Assembly (NCBI GenBank): GCA_016748015.1
Contig: JAAOMT010000479.1
Span: forward strand, 647,824 to 711,490
From: Geosiphon pyriformis uo1
Lineage: Eukaryota; Fungi; Glomeromycota
Reading direction: 5' to 3'
Length of the DNA: 63,667 bases
Shown: positions 25,275 to 37,759 of the stretch, piece by piece
Layout of the letters: each line of letters opens with the position of its first letter
How positions within the stretch are numbered: position 1 is the stretch's first letter
Notes under the pieces: generated by a model
Seen by the model: the letters and a program-made list of their open reading frames with translations, nothing else
The model's database searches: none
What the model was told of the DNA's origin: nothing
Program-made: the position numbers and the translations under genes

Positions 25275-26382
25275 CCAGCCATCTTCTAATGACTAATGGA
25301 AATTGTCTATACCAGATTACTATAAAAGTTAATAGTAGTCTATTTGGATAATACCAATATGTTTTTCAAAACATTTGATAACTATTTTCACTATTTGCAA
25401 CAAGTATTTGAAAGATTAAGAGAACTAAACTAAAGTTGAATGCTACAAAGTGTTTTTTTGACAAAACAGAACTGAAATTCTTGGAACATGTGAACAAAAA
25501 TGACATTAAAACAGATTCAAATAAGATTAAAATTGTTAAGAACTTTTTAATACCAACAAATCTTATAAAATTAAGAGTATTCTTAGAATTCACTAGATAC
25601 TATTGCTGCTTTATTCAAAACTTCTTCAAACTGGCTCAACTATTTCACCAGCTCCAAGCAAAAAATGTAAAATATAAATAGACTGAGATTTAACAAAAAG
25701 CTTTTGACATCTTGAAAAAAAAGCTTATTTAAGCACTAGTACTAATTTACTTAGATTATAGTAAACTATTTATTATTACTACTGATGTATTTGGTTAAGT
25801 CTTAAGAGCAATATTGTTACAAAGAAAACCAGATAAAAGAGAATATTCAATAGCATATGCCAGCCAAAACTTAAGCCCAGCTGAAAAAAATTATGAAACT
25901 TTAGCACTAGAATATTTAATTACATTAGACCAATAGCTCTTAATTACAACTATTAACAAGATAATAATTTCTTAATTTTCTTTTAAATTTTTTTTTATTT
26001 TTTTTATTTTTTTATTTTTTTTGTTTGTTTTATTAATTTATTAACAGATTAAAGAGATTAAGCATTGAGTATTTTAATATTAAGAATAGCTTAATAAAAA
26101 ACCCAAAAATAAGAGTATAGAACTCAAAAATTAAGAATAGCTTATTAAAAAAACACAACTGCCAAAATAAACCAGCCACTACACTGAAGAAAAAAATTGA
26201 TAGAATAATTATTCCAGAAGACTATTGAAACAACCATTGAATCTTTGTCTATTATACAAAAAACTCAACCCAAAACCTTCAGATTATTAAAACCTTTAGA
26301 TATTACTAACACTACCCAGCTATTGAGTACCAAGTTATAGGTTTGTTATTTGTACTAACACTCCAAATAATTATTTTTAATA

Positions 26383-28529
26383 ATATTAGCATAGAAGAAT
26401 TGGTTCAGATCATAAAGAAACTGCCAGATAACAAAGCTGCTGGTTTGTCTGACATTGTGAATAAGCTGTAAAAGCATTGTGGTTTTGAAGTTATGAATTG
26501 TCTTCTAGTTTTGCTGAATGTTTATTTGGTTGCTAGAACAGTTTCCATCTTGTAAAAAAGAGCATGAGTCTCCATGATTCTCAAACCATATGATTGGAAT
26601 GGAGTTTTAACTAATACAAAGCTAATTGTACTAATTAAGACTGCCAGAAAAATTTTATTTAAAATTCTTTTAGACCAGATCTTTCTGGTGTGCAGCAAGT
26701 TTAATATTCTTTAAGAGATAATTTTTTAGTGTTAAAGAGCATATTAACTCAATTTTCTGTTTTTGCAATTGGCTCAGTGGTCAAAGATGTTTTAAAAAAA
26801 AATAAAAAGCTGTAATTGGTCTTATAAAATATGTAAAAGACTTATAAATCAATGTGTTAATACCATTTAAGGAACAGTTTAAGACAAATTAAAATGTGTA
26901 ACCAGTTTATTGATTTTTTTGGCAGTATATATTAGAACAGAGTTAGCAAAATTATGACTGATTTTGGCCTCTTAAATAGTTATTACATACATGATAGACT
27001 GAATTAAGACAAAGTTTTTTTTCTTTTCCTTTGGTGTATATTTTATGATCTTTTTTTATGCAAAGTGAAAAGACATGAACATTTGTGTAGTTACTAAATT
27101 AATATAAGGTTTGTGACCACAACTGGCAGAATTAAAAACACAAATAAGAAAACATTATTTTTTGTGGTTGGTGTTTTCATTAATAACATTATCTGAATGG
27201 GGAATAGTTAGGCTTCAACTTAGTATATTTTGAATATTGTGAGTAAATTCTTCAAGATCAATAATATTTTGATTAATAATAATAAAAATGTGGCTATTCT
27301 TATTAACAAAAAAGTTAGGGTTGCTTTTTTGAATATATGTGGATGTCTTATTTTTATTGCCAAAAATGGTAAATTACACTGTTATTTAAGAATTTTTCTC
27401 TCCACTAATGGTCTCTCAAAACTTAGTTTGGCCAAAACTAATTCTGATGTCAGATTTTTTATGAATGTTGTTTTAAGAAAAGCTATTTCAGATAAGCAGT
27501 TTTGTTACTTGGTTTCTGCTGTTTTATAGCTTATAATCTGTTATTATACTCAATTTAGTTATGTTTTAGTTAATATTTATTACAAGTAGAATGTTTTGAT
27601 TAGAAAAAGATTGAAACATAAGACTAGGCTGCTTAGAGATTTTCCCAATAAATCTCTGTACCATCTGCTGTTGTACAATTTTAAATCTTTTGAACAATTG
27701 TAGGCTGAAGACAAAATGGCTTCTTTTGTGTCTTTTGTGAATTCAGAAGATATTTTTGGCTGGTTTTTTGATCATCATTTTCTGGATTTGCAGATTTTAG
27801 GCTGGGCTTTGGCTAATTCTCTGCAGTATTCTGTTAAGTTAAGAGTTAGTCCTGTAAACAATTTTCTTGCTGATATAGTTAAAATATTTCTGAACAATTT
27901 GCCTCAAGTTTTTTACAGTTTTAATAGGTTCTTGGTATCTGATATCTTGGGTGGAAAGTTGTATTATAAAGTGATGAATTCATTAAAGTGTTTTGGCATT
28001 GTATTTAAAAACAGACTTGTGAACAAGTATGATGTGTTAATCTCTTAAATAATATTTTAATGCTGAAAAAAATTGGACCCTAGGGGTTCTGCTTCTGTTT
28101 GGTTTGTTATAATGTCAAATTTTATGAAGGAATCAGCTTGTGTTGCTAAAAGTAAAGAGAATGTCTCTGATTTAGTGTCTTTAAGTGTTTTAGATTTAGT
28201 AAATTTTGGGTTGATTAAGAGTTTTTTGCATAAAGTTTGGACATATGTGTTTGATATGTACATTAATAGCTTACTGAAAAATTTGGGCTTGGTAGAAGTA
28301 ATAAGTAAAGTGGCTGCCTATTTTTCTAATATGGATATAAGTGTTGATATTAGTATTTCTGGTATAATCTCTTCTATAATGATTAAACTGCAAACTGTTG
28401 CTTTGGCTTTGGAATGTGTGTTGTTTTTTAATATTGTTGTTTTGCATCTTAACAGTCAGATAACTATCAATGTTTGTGCTTATAAACTTAGCTTAACTAA
28501 ACTGGACTTTTGCAATTATTGTTAAATAG
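26383..28529 (+). mobile_element. LINE copy A ORF2 (RT and start of RNase H), degenerate
   Basis: LPDNKAAGLS, SMILKPYDWNGVLTNT, decayed KAY.S, G(A)F(V)DD-like motif, then VAAYF..KLQTVALALECV. Continues at 38592-38790. Confidence 0.85.
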
Positions 28530-29361
28530 TGTTACTCATAAAAAGGAAAACAGATATAGGAAAATAATAGACCAATAAGAGAGTAGTAGTTAGCACATGA
28601 GCACATTGCTCAGCAATGTAGAGCAATATCAGAAATCATGGCACATGGTTCAGCAATGTGAAGCAATATTAGAAATCATGGCATATTGCTCAGCAATATA
28701 AGCATTGGTTGGGAAATTATAGCACATCATTCAAAAATGTGAGCAATCTCATAGAACCCAAATTATGTATATATAGTGATAGCATTAAAAGAAGAAAAGA
28801 GAGACCTCTCAGTTTAGATTTTATCTAAGCAACCTTCCAATTCACAAATATCAATAAATAATTATTTACTATTTCAATTGACTCTCTACTATCAACATGA
28901 AGTGTTGATAGTAATTGATACTTAACCATGTTGGAACAATAGCTCTTGATCATGGCTATTGACAAGATACTAACTTGCAATTGCTTTTGTTTATTTCTTT
29001 ATCTTCTTTTATTTTCTTTTATTTCTTTTTGTTATTTCTTTGGGGATTTACTAAATTGATTAAAAATTAAGCACTGAAATACAGATGTCATAGGGACTGG
29101 TAAAAACCCTGTGAAACAAGAGTAGAACACTCATAGATTTGAAGATAGCTTACCAAAAGAATTACCAGCCACCACGCTGAGAAAAAAATTTGATGAAACT
29201 GCAGTTTTGGGAAGCTACAGATAAAACCATTAATTAAATCTCTGTCTATTATACAAAAGACTTCATAAAAAAACCTTTAGATATCAACCCCAGAATACCA
29301 ACCAAGCACCAAGTTACAGATTTGTTATTTGATTTGAGACCCCAAATAATCATTTGTAATA
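28530..29361 (+). repeat. 5' LTR of element 3
   Basis: Collinear with 37760-38591; TG..(C>T)A termini; TATATATAG box. Confidence 0.95.
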
Positions 29362-29423
29362 TTTGGTGCTCTCTGTGAGATATAATCTTACAGAAAACCA
29401 GCACCAACAACAATTATCCAAAA

Positions 29424-32400
29424 GTGGCAGAATCCAAAAACATAGAAGCAAACCATTTAGGATTTGCCAAATCCTTGTTCTAACAGTACAGCCAACAATT
29501 AGGACTAAACAATAACCACTTTCTAGCAGAATCTGCCTTTAATTTCTACATCAATAATAAAATCACAGACTTCTTAGGAGGAACAGTTAACATTGAATCT
29601 GCAAGAGAAAATTTCTATACAGAATTATTTCAACATACCAGCTTACCAAGAAACTACAGTTTCACACCAATCATTAGGGAAATCAATCAAACCATTGAAA
29701 GATATACACAACAACAATTCCTAACACTTATGCAGACGAAGGCAAAGGAAGACTGCAAACACCAGCAGTGACGCCAAAACAAATACAACCACCTACTTGG
29801 AAGAAAACCAGAGTTGAATCACCAACAAACCCATCATATCACTATACACTTGGTAGCATCATCAATATCTTATCAACAGATGTATCCACATTACACATGA
29901 CATTAACATTTGGATGACTACCATTTTAAAGTAAACAAAAGAAAGCAGAATTACTAGAAACCTATGGCAATTATTTTGAAGGATTTAAATTGCAATTGCC
30001 AATACCATCAGAATTCTGATTACTGCCACCTTAACCAAATTTTGGAAATACGAGTCTCTAAGAGATAATGAAATCAGAAGAAAAAAAAGAAAAAAAAGAA
30101 GAAGAAGAAGAAAAAAAAAAAGAAGAAAAAGAAGAAAAAGAATCTGAAGATCAAAAATTTACTTACCAGAACCCAATTACTAGAAACCCGGAAATTGAAA
30201 CTCTGAAATTTCAAATGCAGCACAATTAGGACAATCAAAACTCCAAAACAATTAATCAGCAAAACTTATCTCCAGTAATTATTATTAATCAACTACCAAT
30301 TAAACTAATTATTGAACTGATTCAACAGCAGCCACTTTAACTGCCCCAACAATTACAACAGTCACTTCCACTGCCATAACAACAACTTTAACAACCACCA
30401 CAACAACAAATTGTAGCACCAATGGCATATGCTCCTATTGCCAAACTCAAAAAATTTACCAGCAAAGAAGACAATGCCCAAGTGTGGCTAAACGATGTGG
30501 AAAAAGCCATCACAGCCAACGAATAGAATGATGCCAGAGCCATGCAGGCCATTCCCTATTTTCTCTAGGATACCACCAATTTATGGTATCAAAGCTTGGC
30601 TAACAAACCCCAGAATTTCAATGCATTTAAGCTTGCATTCCTACAATACTTTAGCAATAATAATAGTATTAATCAGCTAGTAAATACTTTTACTACTATC
30701 AAACAAGGAGAAAATAAAGCAGTCACTACTTACCTAGGATGCTTCTATAGGAATCTGCACCAAATTCAAGCAATCCAGAATGACTATTTTACAGCATCAC
30801 AAATCTTAAACCAATTTATTAGAAATCTGCACAGTAGCATCCTCCAATGCATACATCCAATACATCCAGCAGACTTTCAAGCTACAGTTACCAATGTCAG
30901 AAATTTTGAAGCAGCTGAATTCGAAGCTAACTATGTCTAAGCCATAAATCTAGTGATGAATGAATCATCTGAATTGGATTCCAAATTGAAACAATTCAGT
31001 AATTCTATTAACTAGAAGCTTGAAAGATACTTAGCTGACAATCATGCAATTTATTAGCCACCCCAACAACGCAATAATTTAGAAATCACAAATTATACAC
31101 AAAATCAGTCATGTCCTTTATTATCATCCAATCAGCTGTGGCAGCAAGAAACATGTATCTGCCACTACTGTGGTAAACAAAAACATTTGAGAATCAATTG
31201 TTGGTTAAGAATAGAAAACCAATGATTGAGAGATCAATATCAAAACTCTGATCGCAGGTTTTCAACTCCAAGATATCAATTAAATGCAGAAATATATTAA
31301 CCAAATTACATACCTATAACACAGCCACAAATTTATCAACTGCCAATTTATCAGTCAACAGCATCTGTCATTTATTACCCACAGCCCCAACTCATTTATC
31401 AGCTATAGCTTCAGGTAATTTATCAGCCCCAACAAATTCAAACACCACTACAGAACTTACTTCAAAATGGAATTCAAAGGCTGAGACTGATACAACAAAG
31501 CTGGAGATTGTTGATGGTGGTTTATCAACTAATCTTCAGTTCCATGGCACAACCATCAAGATCTTGACAATAGAATTTAGGCACTGAGAACCTCCAAAAT
31601 AAGAATGCTTAACACTATTTAAGTCTCCTAATTATCCCAGAAGATGCCTCACCCAACAACCAGAAACCCAACCAACACAAACCACTTACCAACAATATAC
31701 TTCCAGCCACCATAACCAATAACAAATTGCTAGACACTATTTTTCTATTTGAATTTGAGGAAACCACACCAGTTCTATTATTCAATGGAGCTGTTCTTGA
31801 CACCAAACTGATTACCACCATGTACATTAATGCAAAGGTTGATGGTTATGCCATTAAACTGATACTAGACAGCAGATCAGCTGGCAGCATTATCACAAGA
31901 CAATTCATGGACCAATTAGGTCACCGAATTAATTGCACTGCCAGCACCAGGATCATAACTGCTGATGGAGCAACCAAAACTCCTATTAGTGAGATTGACA
32001 ACTTCCTCATTGAAGTTAACAGCATAATTGTACTAATCAAGGTACTAGTCATGGAAGCCACCCAATACCAAGCACTTATTGGTAACAATTGGCTGTCTAA
32101 AGTCAATGTGACACTTGATTGGAGCATGCAAGAGCTTCAACTTAGCCAGAACGGATGACATACACGCATATTTGCCATGTGTAGACACTTCAAGCCCACT
32201 ACCACACCACTAGTCCCACTTATCAAATTCGAAGAAGAAGAGAAAAAACCTACCTGAAAAGCCTACCAAGTTTTTTGGGCCGACACAGAACACAACGAGC
32301 TGCCGCCAATACCTTTGTGGAATGACAACAGCAAATGAAAGCAGAAAGAAGAACTTACTTGAAGTGCTGACCAAGACTGAAAAACCAACCACAATTCAGA

Positions 32401-35400
32401 AAAACCGACAGCTTGGGAATGAAATGAGAGGGAAAAAGAAAAAAGAAAAACGAAGGAAGTAAAGCACTACCAATTGCCATTTACACTTCTTACACATATA
32501 CACCAACACAACAATCAAGTTATCATTGACCAAAGCTGATATGCATTGATTGCAGCAAGAAATTGTCATCAATGGGTGTATGCTGTTGTGATGATGAGGA
32601 ATACCAAATGACATCCAATTTTTACTGCCATGCGTGTATCATAAAATGCTTTGGATAACTAAAACAACAAGAAAAATGGGACAATGAACCTTGTTTAGCT
32701 TGTGGGGAAACCTTACTTGACAAAAGAATGTGGAATGACATTCCTGAACAAAAAAAAATGTGTGACGCTTCGTGCCAATACACAATCTTCATCAGCAACT
32801 GGATTAAGAAAGGGACACCAATAGAAGCCGCCTGGAGAAGAACTGTACAGCAATTAGACAGTTGTTCACACAATAATGATAAGTTATGGAGAATGGCAAT
32901 AACCAAAATAGAAGAAGCATCACCTGAGGAAATCAGAAAAATCAAAAACAACCCACCAGAACTCATAGAACCTAACTGGGACCCAGAACCAGTCATAAAT
33001 TTTCTAGATTCAGAACAATTCCATGAACACTACCAGGAACTAGTGTTCACAAGAGAAGAGCAAGAGCAACACTTGGAGCAGTTAAATACTCAATTATGTC
33101 AACATTGCTTATTTCTCTGTGACTTTCAATATTGTAATGAGTGTAACCTTATTTACAATCCACCACTACGCATGATTTACATGATCCCAGAAGAAGATGA
33201 ACCAATGAGCAGCTACATATCAGAATTGGAATCAAATTTTAATCCCAATTCAAACTCCAACAATGACAACAACGAAAATAATGGCTTTAGCTCCATTCAA
33301 AATGGCAATGAAAATATCAATGATTTAGACTTCAATTCAAATCCTAAAATATACATTGCACTTCCTGATCTCTCTAAGGAACAGGAACTCAAATGGTATA
33401 GTAACAATAATGAAAGTATTATGCCAGAACATGTACATAATACTAATACAGAGTTTGATCTGAGATATTCAGGGAAAAATGCCATCAAATTGGAACCATA
33501 TTCATGCACATATATTGATCTTAAGATAGCACTGAAAATTCTAGCAACAACAATGGTCCAGTTAGCATTTAGAAGTAGTCTAGCAAAAAAAGGAATCAAC
33601 ATCAGAAGAAGAATAATTGACGCAGAATACATAGAAATATTATTACTATGCTACAAAATGATTCAGAAAAAGTATATATTATAAAGCCAAATGAAAAAAT
33701 AGCACAGGCAATATTCTTACCTCTGGTGAAAATAGCTTAGTTAGTGTCAGTAAAAAACAGAAAGGAATTAGGAATAACAGCAAGAGGAATACAAGAATTC
33801 AGATCCACAGGTAGAATAAATGTACCAGTTAATATGGCAGAGGAAGAGATTATTGACAAAGGAGAAATTATCTCAATCTGTCAATCAATCTCTATTCCAT
33901 CATATAACCAGTATATGTTAGCCATAAAAAAAGAAGTAAAGAATCAAGCTCAGTTGTTTGAAGCAGAAGCCACCATTTGCAAATTAGGAGAAATTGGATT
34001 TACTAATCTTTACATATCAGCCAAAAGCCCCAAAAACATCAAAATTTCCATCTACAACACAACGGGAAATGTTATTGAAATACCAAAAAGAACCATTATT
34101 GAATATTTAACCACTGAAGTTGAGGATCAACCACTAGACCATATTCCAAATTTTTCACAGCTTTGCAGATATGTGGACATCACATCACAAACCATCTATG
34201 GGCAAAGTAAATGTTATCTGCTCCAACCAGAACAATTGGAACAGATAAACATGGGGAATCTAGACTCACTTCAACAGATGCAACTAAAGATATTACTCAG
34301 CAATTTCAATGACATTTTTGCTAGCAAAAATAAATTTGGTCACACCAACATCATCTAATATCAGATTAAGACTGGAGATGCAATGCCAATTAAACAAAAA
34401 GCATACAGAGTACCACCAACCAGTCATGAGATCATTTGTCAAGAAATCAATCAAATGCTTAACAACAGGCTAATTCAGCCATTAATGAGTCTATGGTCAT
34501 CACCAGTAGTACTAGTCCAAAAAAAAATGGGAAAATCCACTTTTGTGTAGATTACTGGAAACTGAATGAAGTAACCAAAAGAGACAGCTACCCAATTTCA
34601 AAGATCCAAGAACTATTTAATGCTTTTGAAGAAAATAAATGGTTCTCAATACTAGATTTAGATAGTGGTTACTGGCAAATAGCCATGGATCCAGCTGACA
34701 AAAAGAAAACAGCATTTACCATAAAAGAAAGAAATTTTGAATTTGAAGTCATGCCATTTGGCTTGATAAATGCTCTAGCAACATTTCAACAGCTCATGGA
34801 AATTGTCTATACTGGACTACTGTAGAAATCAGTAGTTGTTTACTTAGATAACATAAATGTGTTCTCAAAAACATTTGATGATCATCTTTACCATCTTTAA
34901 CAAGTATTTAAAAGACTCAGACAGGCAGGATTGAAATTAAATACCAACAAATGCTTCTTTGGAAAAACAGAACTAAAATTCTTAGGACATGTTGTGAGCA
35001 AAGATGGCATCAAAACAAATACAGACAAGATTGAAGTTGTTAAGAACTTTCCAGTACCAAACAATCTTACAGAATTAAGAGCATTCTTGGGATTTGCAAA
35101 GTACTATCACCGCTTTATCAAAGACTTTTCTAAATTGACTCAGCCACTCCACCATTTACAAACCAAGAATGTAAAGTATGAATAGACAGAAGCTCAACAA
35201 GAAACATTTGACACACTAAGAAAAAAGCTTATTCAAGCTCCAGTGTTGATGTATCCAGATCACACCAAATCATTCATTATCACTACTGATACATCAGGTC
35301 AAGTGTTGGGAGCAGTACTATCACAGAAAAGACCAGATGGAAGAAAACATCCAGTAGCTTATACCAGTAGAAGTTTAAGTCCAGCTGAAAAGAATTATAG

Positions 35401-37056
35401 AATACCAGTATTAGAACACTTAGCAATCTATTGGGCAGTCATGAAATAGAAAGAATACTTGAGCCAAAAGTTTGAAATATATATGGATCACAAAGGATTG
35501 AATTCAATTCAGAAGCAAAAATTTGGAGATGACTACCATGTCAGATAGAAAATAAAACTGTCACCATTCAATTATACAGTATATTATAAAAAAGAAAAAG
35601 ACAATGGAAATGCTAATGGTTTGTCACAAATAAGACAAATCTAAAAACACTTCAACCCAAAAATATAACAAAAGATGAATATACAAAAATACCAACAACT
35701 TCAACATTATATAAATACCCAATTGTTTAAGGAGAAATTATCTCAAAAGGAACAAAACAACATAAAACAACAATCAAAATATTTTATCAATCATCAAAAT
35801 ATACTTTACCAGAAAAACAGAAGAACTCCAGACCAGCCAACAAGAATAATTACAGAACCAGAAAAAGAGACAATATTGTTCAATATGCATTTAGATTCAA
35901 CAGCAGGACATTTTCATAAAAAAACAACCATAGAAAGAACTAAAAAAAGATACTATTGGCCATCAATGTATCCAGACATCATCCAATATGTTCAAAATTG
36001 TGATGCTTGTCAGAGAAGAGGAGGAACAAAACCCAGTAAACTATTAAGACCAATCAAAATAGGACAACCATTTGATCACATTGGAATTGACTTAGTATAA
36101 CCATTAATAATCACCAACAGAGGCAACAGATATATTGCAGTAGCCATAGACTATCTCATTAAATGGCCAGAAGCAAAAGCCATTCAAAAAGCAGATGCAG
36201 AATCCGTTGCCAAATTTGTTCATTAAGATCTGATCTGTCAACATGGATGTCCAAAAGAATTATTATCAGATCAAAGAACTCACTTTGAAAATAGAACATT
36301 AGCAGAATTAAGCCAAAGATTTGGAATAAAAAGACCATTATCATCACCATACCATTTACAAACAAATGGGTTAGTGGAAAGATTTAACAAAACATTGTGT
36401 AAAACAATAGCCAAAATTAGCCAAGAAAACCAGGATAAATGGGATTTGTTTATACCATCTGTATTATTTGCTTATTGGACAATAAAACAAGATATTACAC
36501 AAGCAACATCATTTGAATTGGTATATGATAGAACAGCAACATTACCAGTTGAGATAGAGGTCAATACATATCTAATTGAACCAATAACAGAAGATAATTT
36601 CCAAGAAACATTGTTGAAAAGAACATATAACTTAATAGAAACACTAGAAAACAGATGACAAAAAGCAGCTAATAATATCCAATAGTTACAAGAAAGCAAA
36701 AAAAACAACACAATAACCAACTATCAGATAAATCAGTTGAATTTAAGATTGGAGACAAAGTACTATTACATTATATCAAAGCAGAAAAACAATGAAATAG
36801 AAAATTTGACTCCAAATAGGACAGACCATTTCACATAGAAAAAATTCTAGGAAATAGAGCTTATAAATTAAGATAAGACAACAAAATTTTAGCCAAAGCA
36901 GCACATAGTAATCGACTGAAACCATATCATTAGATAGTATCATCATCCACCAATAACATTCCACAACTGAGAGTACAAAGAATATTAGTTCAATCAGATA
37001 AGATTTCACAAGATCTGGAACCAATCATAGTTATTGAACCAATTATGTCAAATTGA
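29424..37056 (+). pseudogene. gag-pol of element 3: N-terminal domain, capsid, CCHC, protease, Cys-rich module, dUTPase, RT, RNase H, integrase with GPY/F-type C-terminus
   Basis: MAYAPIAKLKKF capsid at 30422; CHYCGKQKH..C; LILDS(R)SAG protease; HFCVDYWKLN / LDLDSGYWQ / YLD(N) RT; TDTSG RNase H; H..GHF..CDACQ, GIDLV, SDQ, VERFN integrase. Stops are mostly CGA/CAA/CAG/TGG transitions. Confidence 0.93.
33388..33815 (+). pseudogene. dut: dUTPase domain within Gypsy pol
   Basis: Five dUTPase motifs, decayed: (DAG)FDL, RSSLAKKG, IIDAEY, EKIAQ, RGIQ(G)F(G)STG. Confidence 0.9.
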
Positions 37057-37109
37057 ACAACCAAAAGTATATAAAGACACAGTATATGTGACAAAAGCAA
37101 CTAAGAAAA

Positions 37110-37745
37110 ATGGAAATACCAGATCATATTCACATTATAGCTCAACAATTGTTTTAGGCCTTAAGTCAACAACAGTTAGACATAGAAATTGTTATTAACA
37201 ACCAAATAATTTGCTATTAAAACACCCAAAGAAAGACAAAGAAGACACTATATCAGCAGCCACCAAAGAATAATAAAAACTAGACAGATAACTTAATAGA
37301 AAAAGTAAAGAACACTTTTGGGAAAATACCTATTATGGCACCAACAAAAGAGCTTACAAAAAAAAATTGGAAGCAATGAACAGAACAACTTCCAATATCA
37401 TATTGCTACTACCAGTTAGGTCAAAAGTTGAATATTCAGGAGTTGTATATCGACAAATCTAAGAAAATATTCAACCAAAACATAATACAGCAAATTGAAG
37501 AATTTATTGGAAAAAAAACAAATTTAATACTACATGTTAAAACAATGTACCAATTACACAACATATTTTGGAACTATCCAGAAATACTGTTACACTCAGA
37601 CATGGAGACCATAACCATTAATTAATGGGGAAGAATGAACAATACACAAGTAGAAGACATAAAAAACAGAGTTGAACAAACAATACTTGAAAAAGAAGTA
37701 TTAGAATTAATTCAAAATGAAGATTTTGACAGAGCTTAATATTAA
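37110..37745 (+). pseudogene. Extra ORF (ORF3, ~211 aa, unknown function) between integrase and PPT
   Basis: One indel-free frame, MEIPDHIHIIAQQLF..ELIQNEDFD..Y*. Three of its internal stops are sense codons in the second copy at 38865-39500. Confidence 0.7.
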
Positions 37746-37759
37746 AAAAGAAAGAATAA

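Larger units (their letters stand above)
17432..25915 (+). mobile_element. Gypsy family A element 2 nested in gag of element 1 (LTR-gag-PR-Cys-dUTPase-RT-RH, truncated)
   Basis: LTR 17432-18372 (TGTTAC..TGTAACA); PBS TGGTGC at 18375; capsid ~20310-20800; protease KLILNSKSA ~21720; dUTPase ~23130-23555; RT KIHFCVNYKKLN ~24270; RNase H to ~25915. Confidence 0.85.
15091..26382 (+). mobile_element. Gypsy family A element 1, internally deleted, hosting nested insertions; TSD ATAT
   Basis: 5' LTR 15091-16053, decayed PBS and gag to ~17431. The partial 3' LTR ~25915-26382 is collinear with 15585-16053. ATAT lies at 15087-15090 and 26383-26386. Confidence 0.8.

Noticed and set aside
28590-28745. ~40-bp periodic palindromic repeats resembling a CRISPR array (also 19085-19200)
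   Set aside because: No unique spacers or cas genes; eukaryotic context; these are tandem repeats within LTR U3.
29080-29423. Apparent gag frame starting inside the LTR and reading through the PBS (cf. ORF 43652-43846)
   Set aside because: The frame is not conserved among copies (1-2-nt indels), and the ATG seen in some copies alternates with ACA, consistent with decay of ACG.
30074-30262. Poly-Phe ORF on the minus strand
   Set aside because: Reverse complement of the (GAA)n poly-Glu tract in gag, partly eroded to AAA.
33388-33815. dUTPase as a bacterial or phage horizontal-transfer island or contaminant
   Set aside because: It is embedded in pol at the same position in three elements, so it is an integral retroelement domain. 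Its ultimate origin needs a phylogeny.
35640-35677. Stop between RNase H and integrase suggesting a separately translated integrase
   Set aside because: Same frame on both sides; the TAA is most simply a CAA>TAA decay, and only one copy is visible.
36930-37100. Possible chromodomain after integrase
   Set aside because: No chromodomain motif follows the GPY/F-type region.
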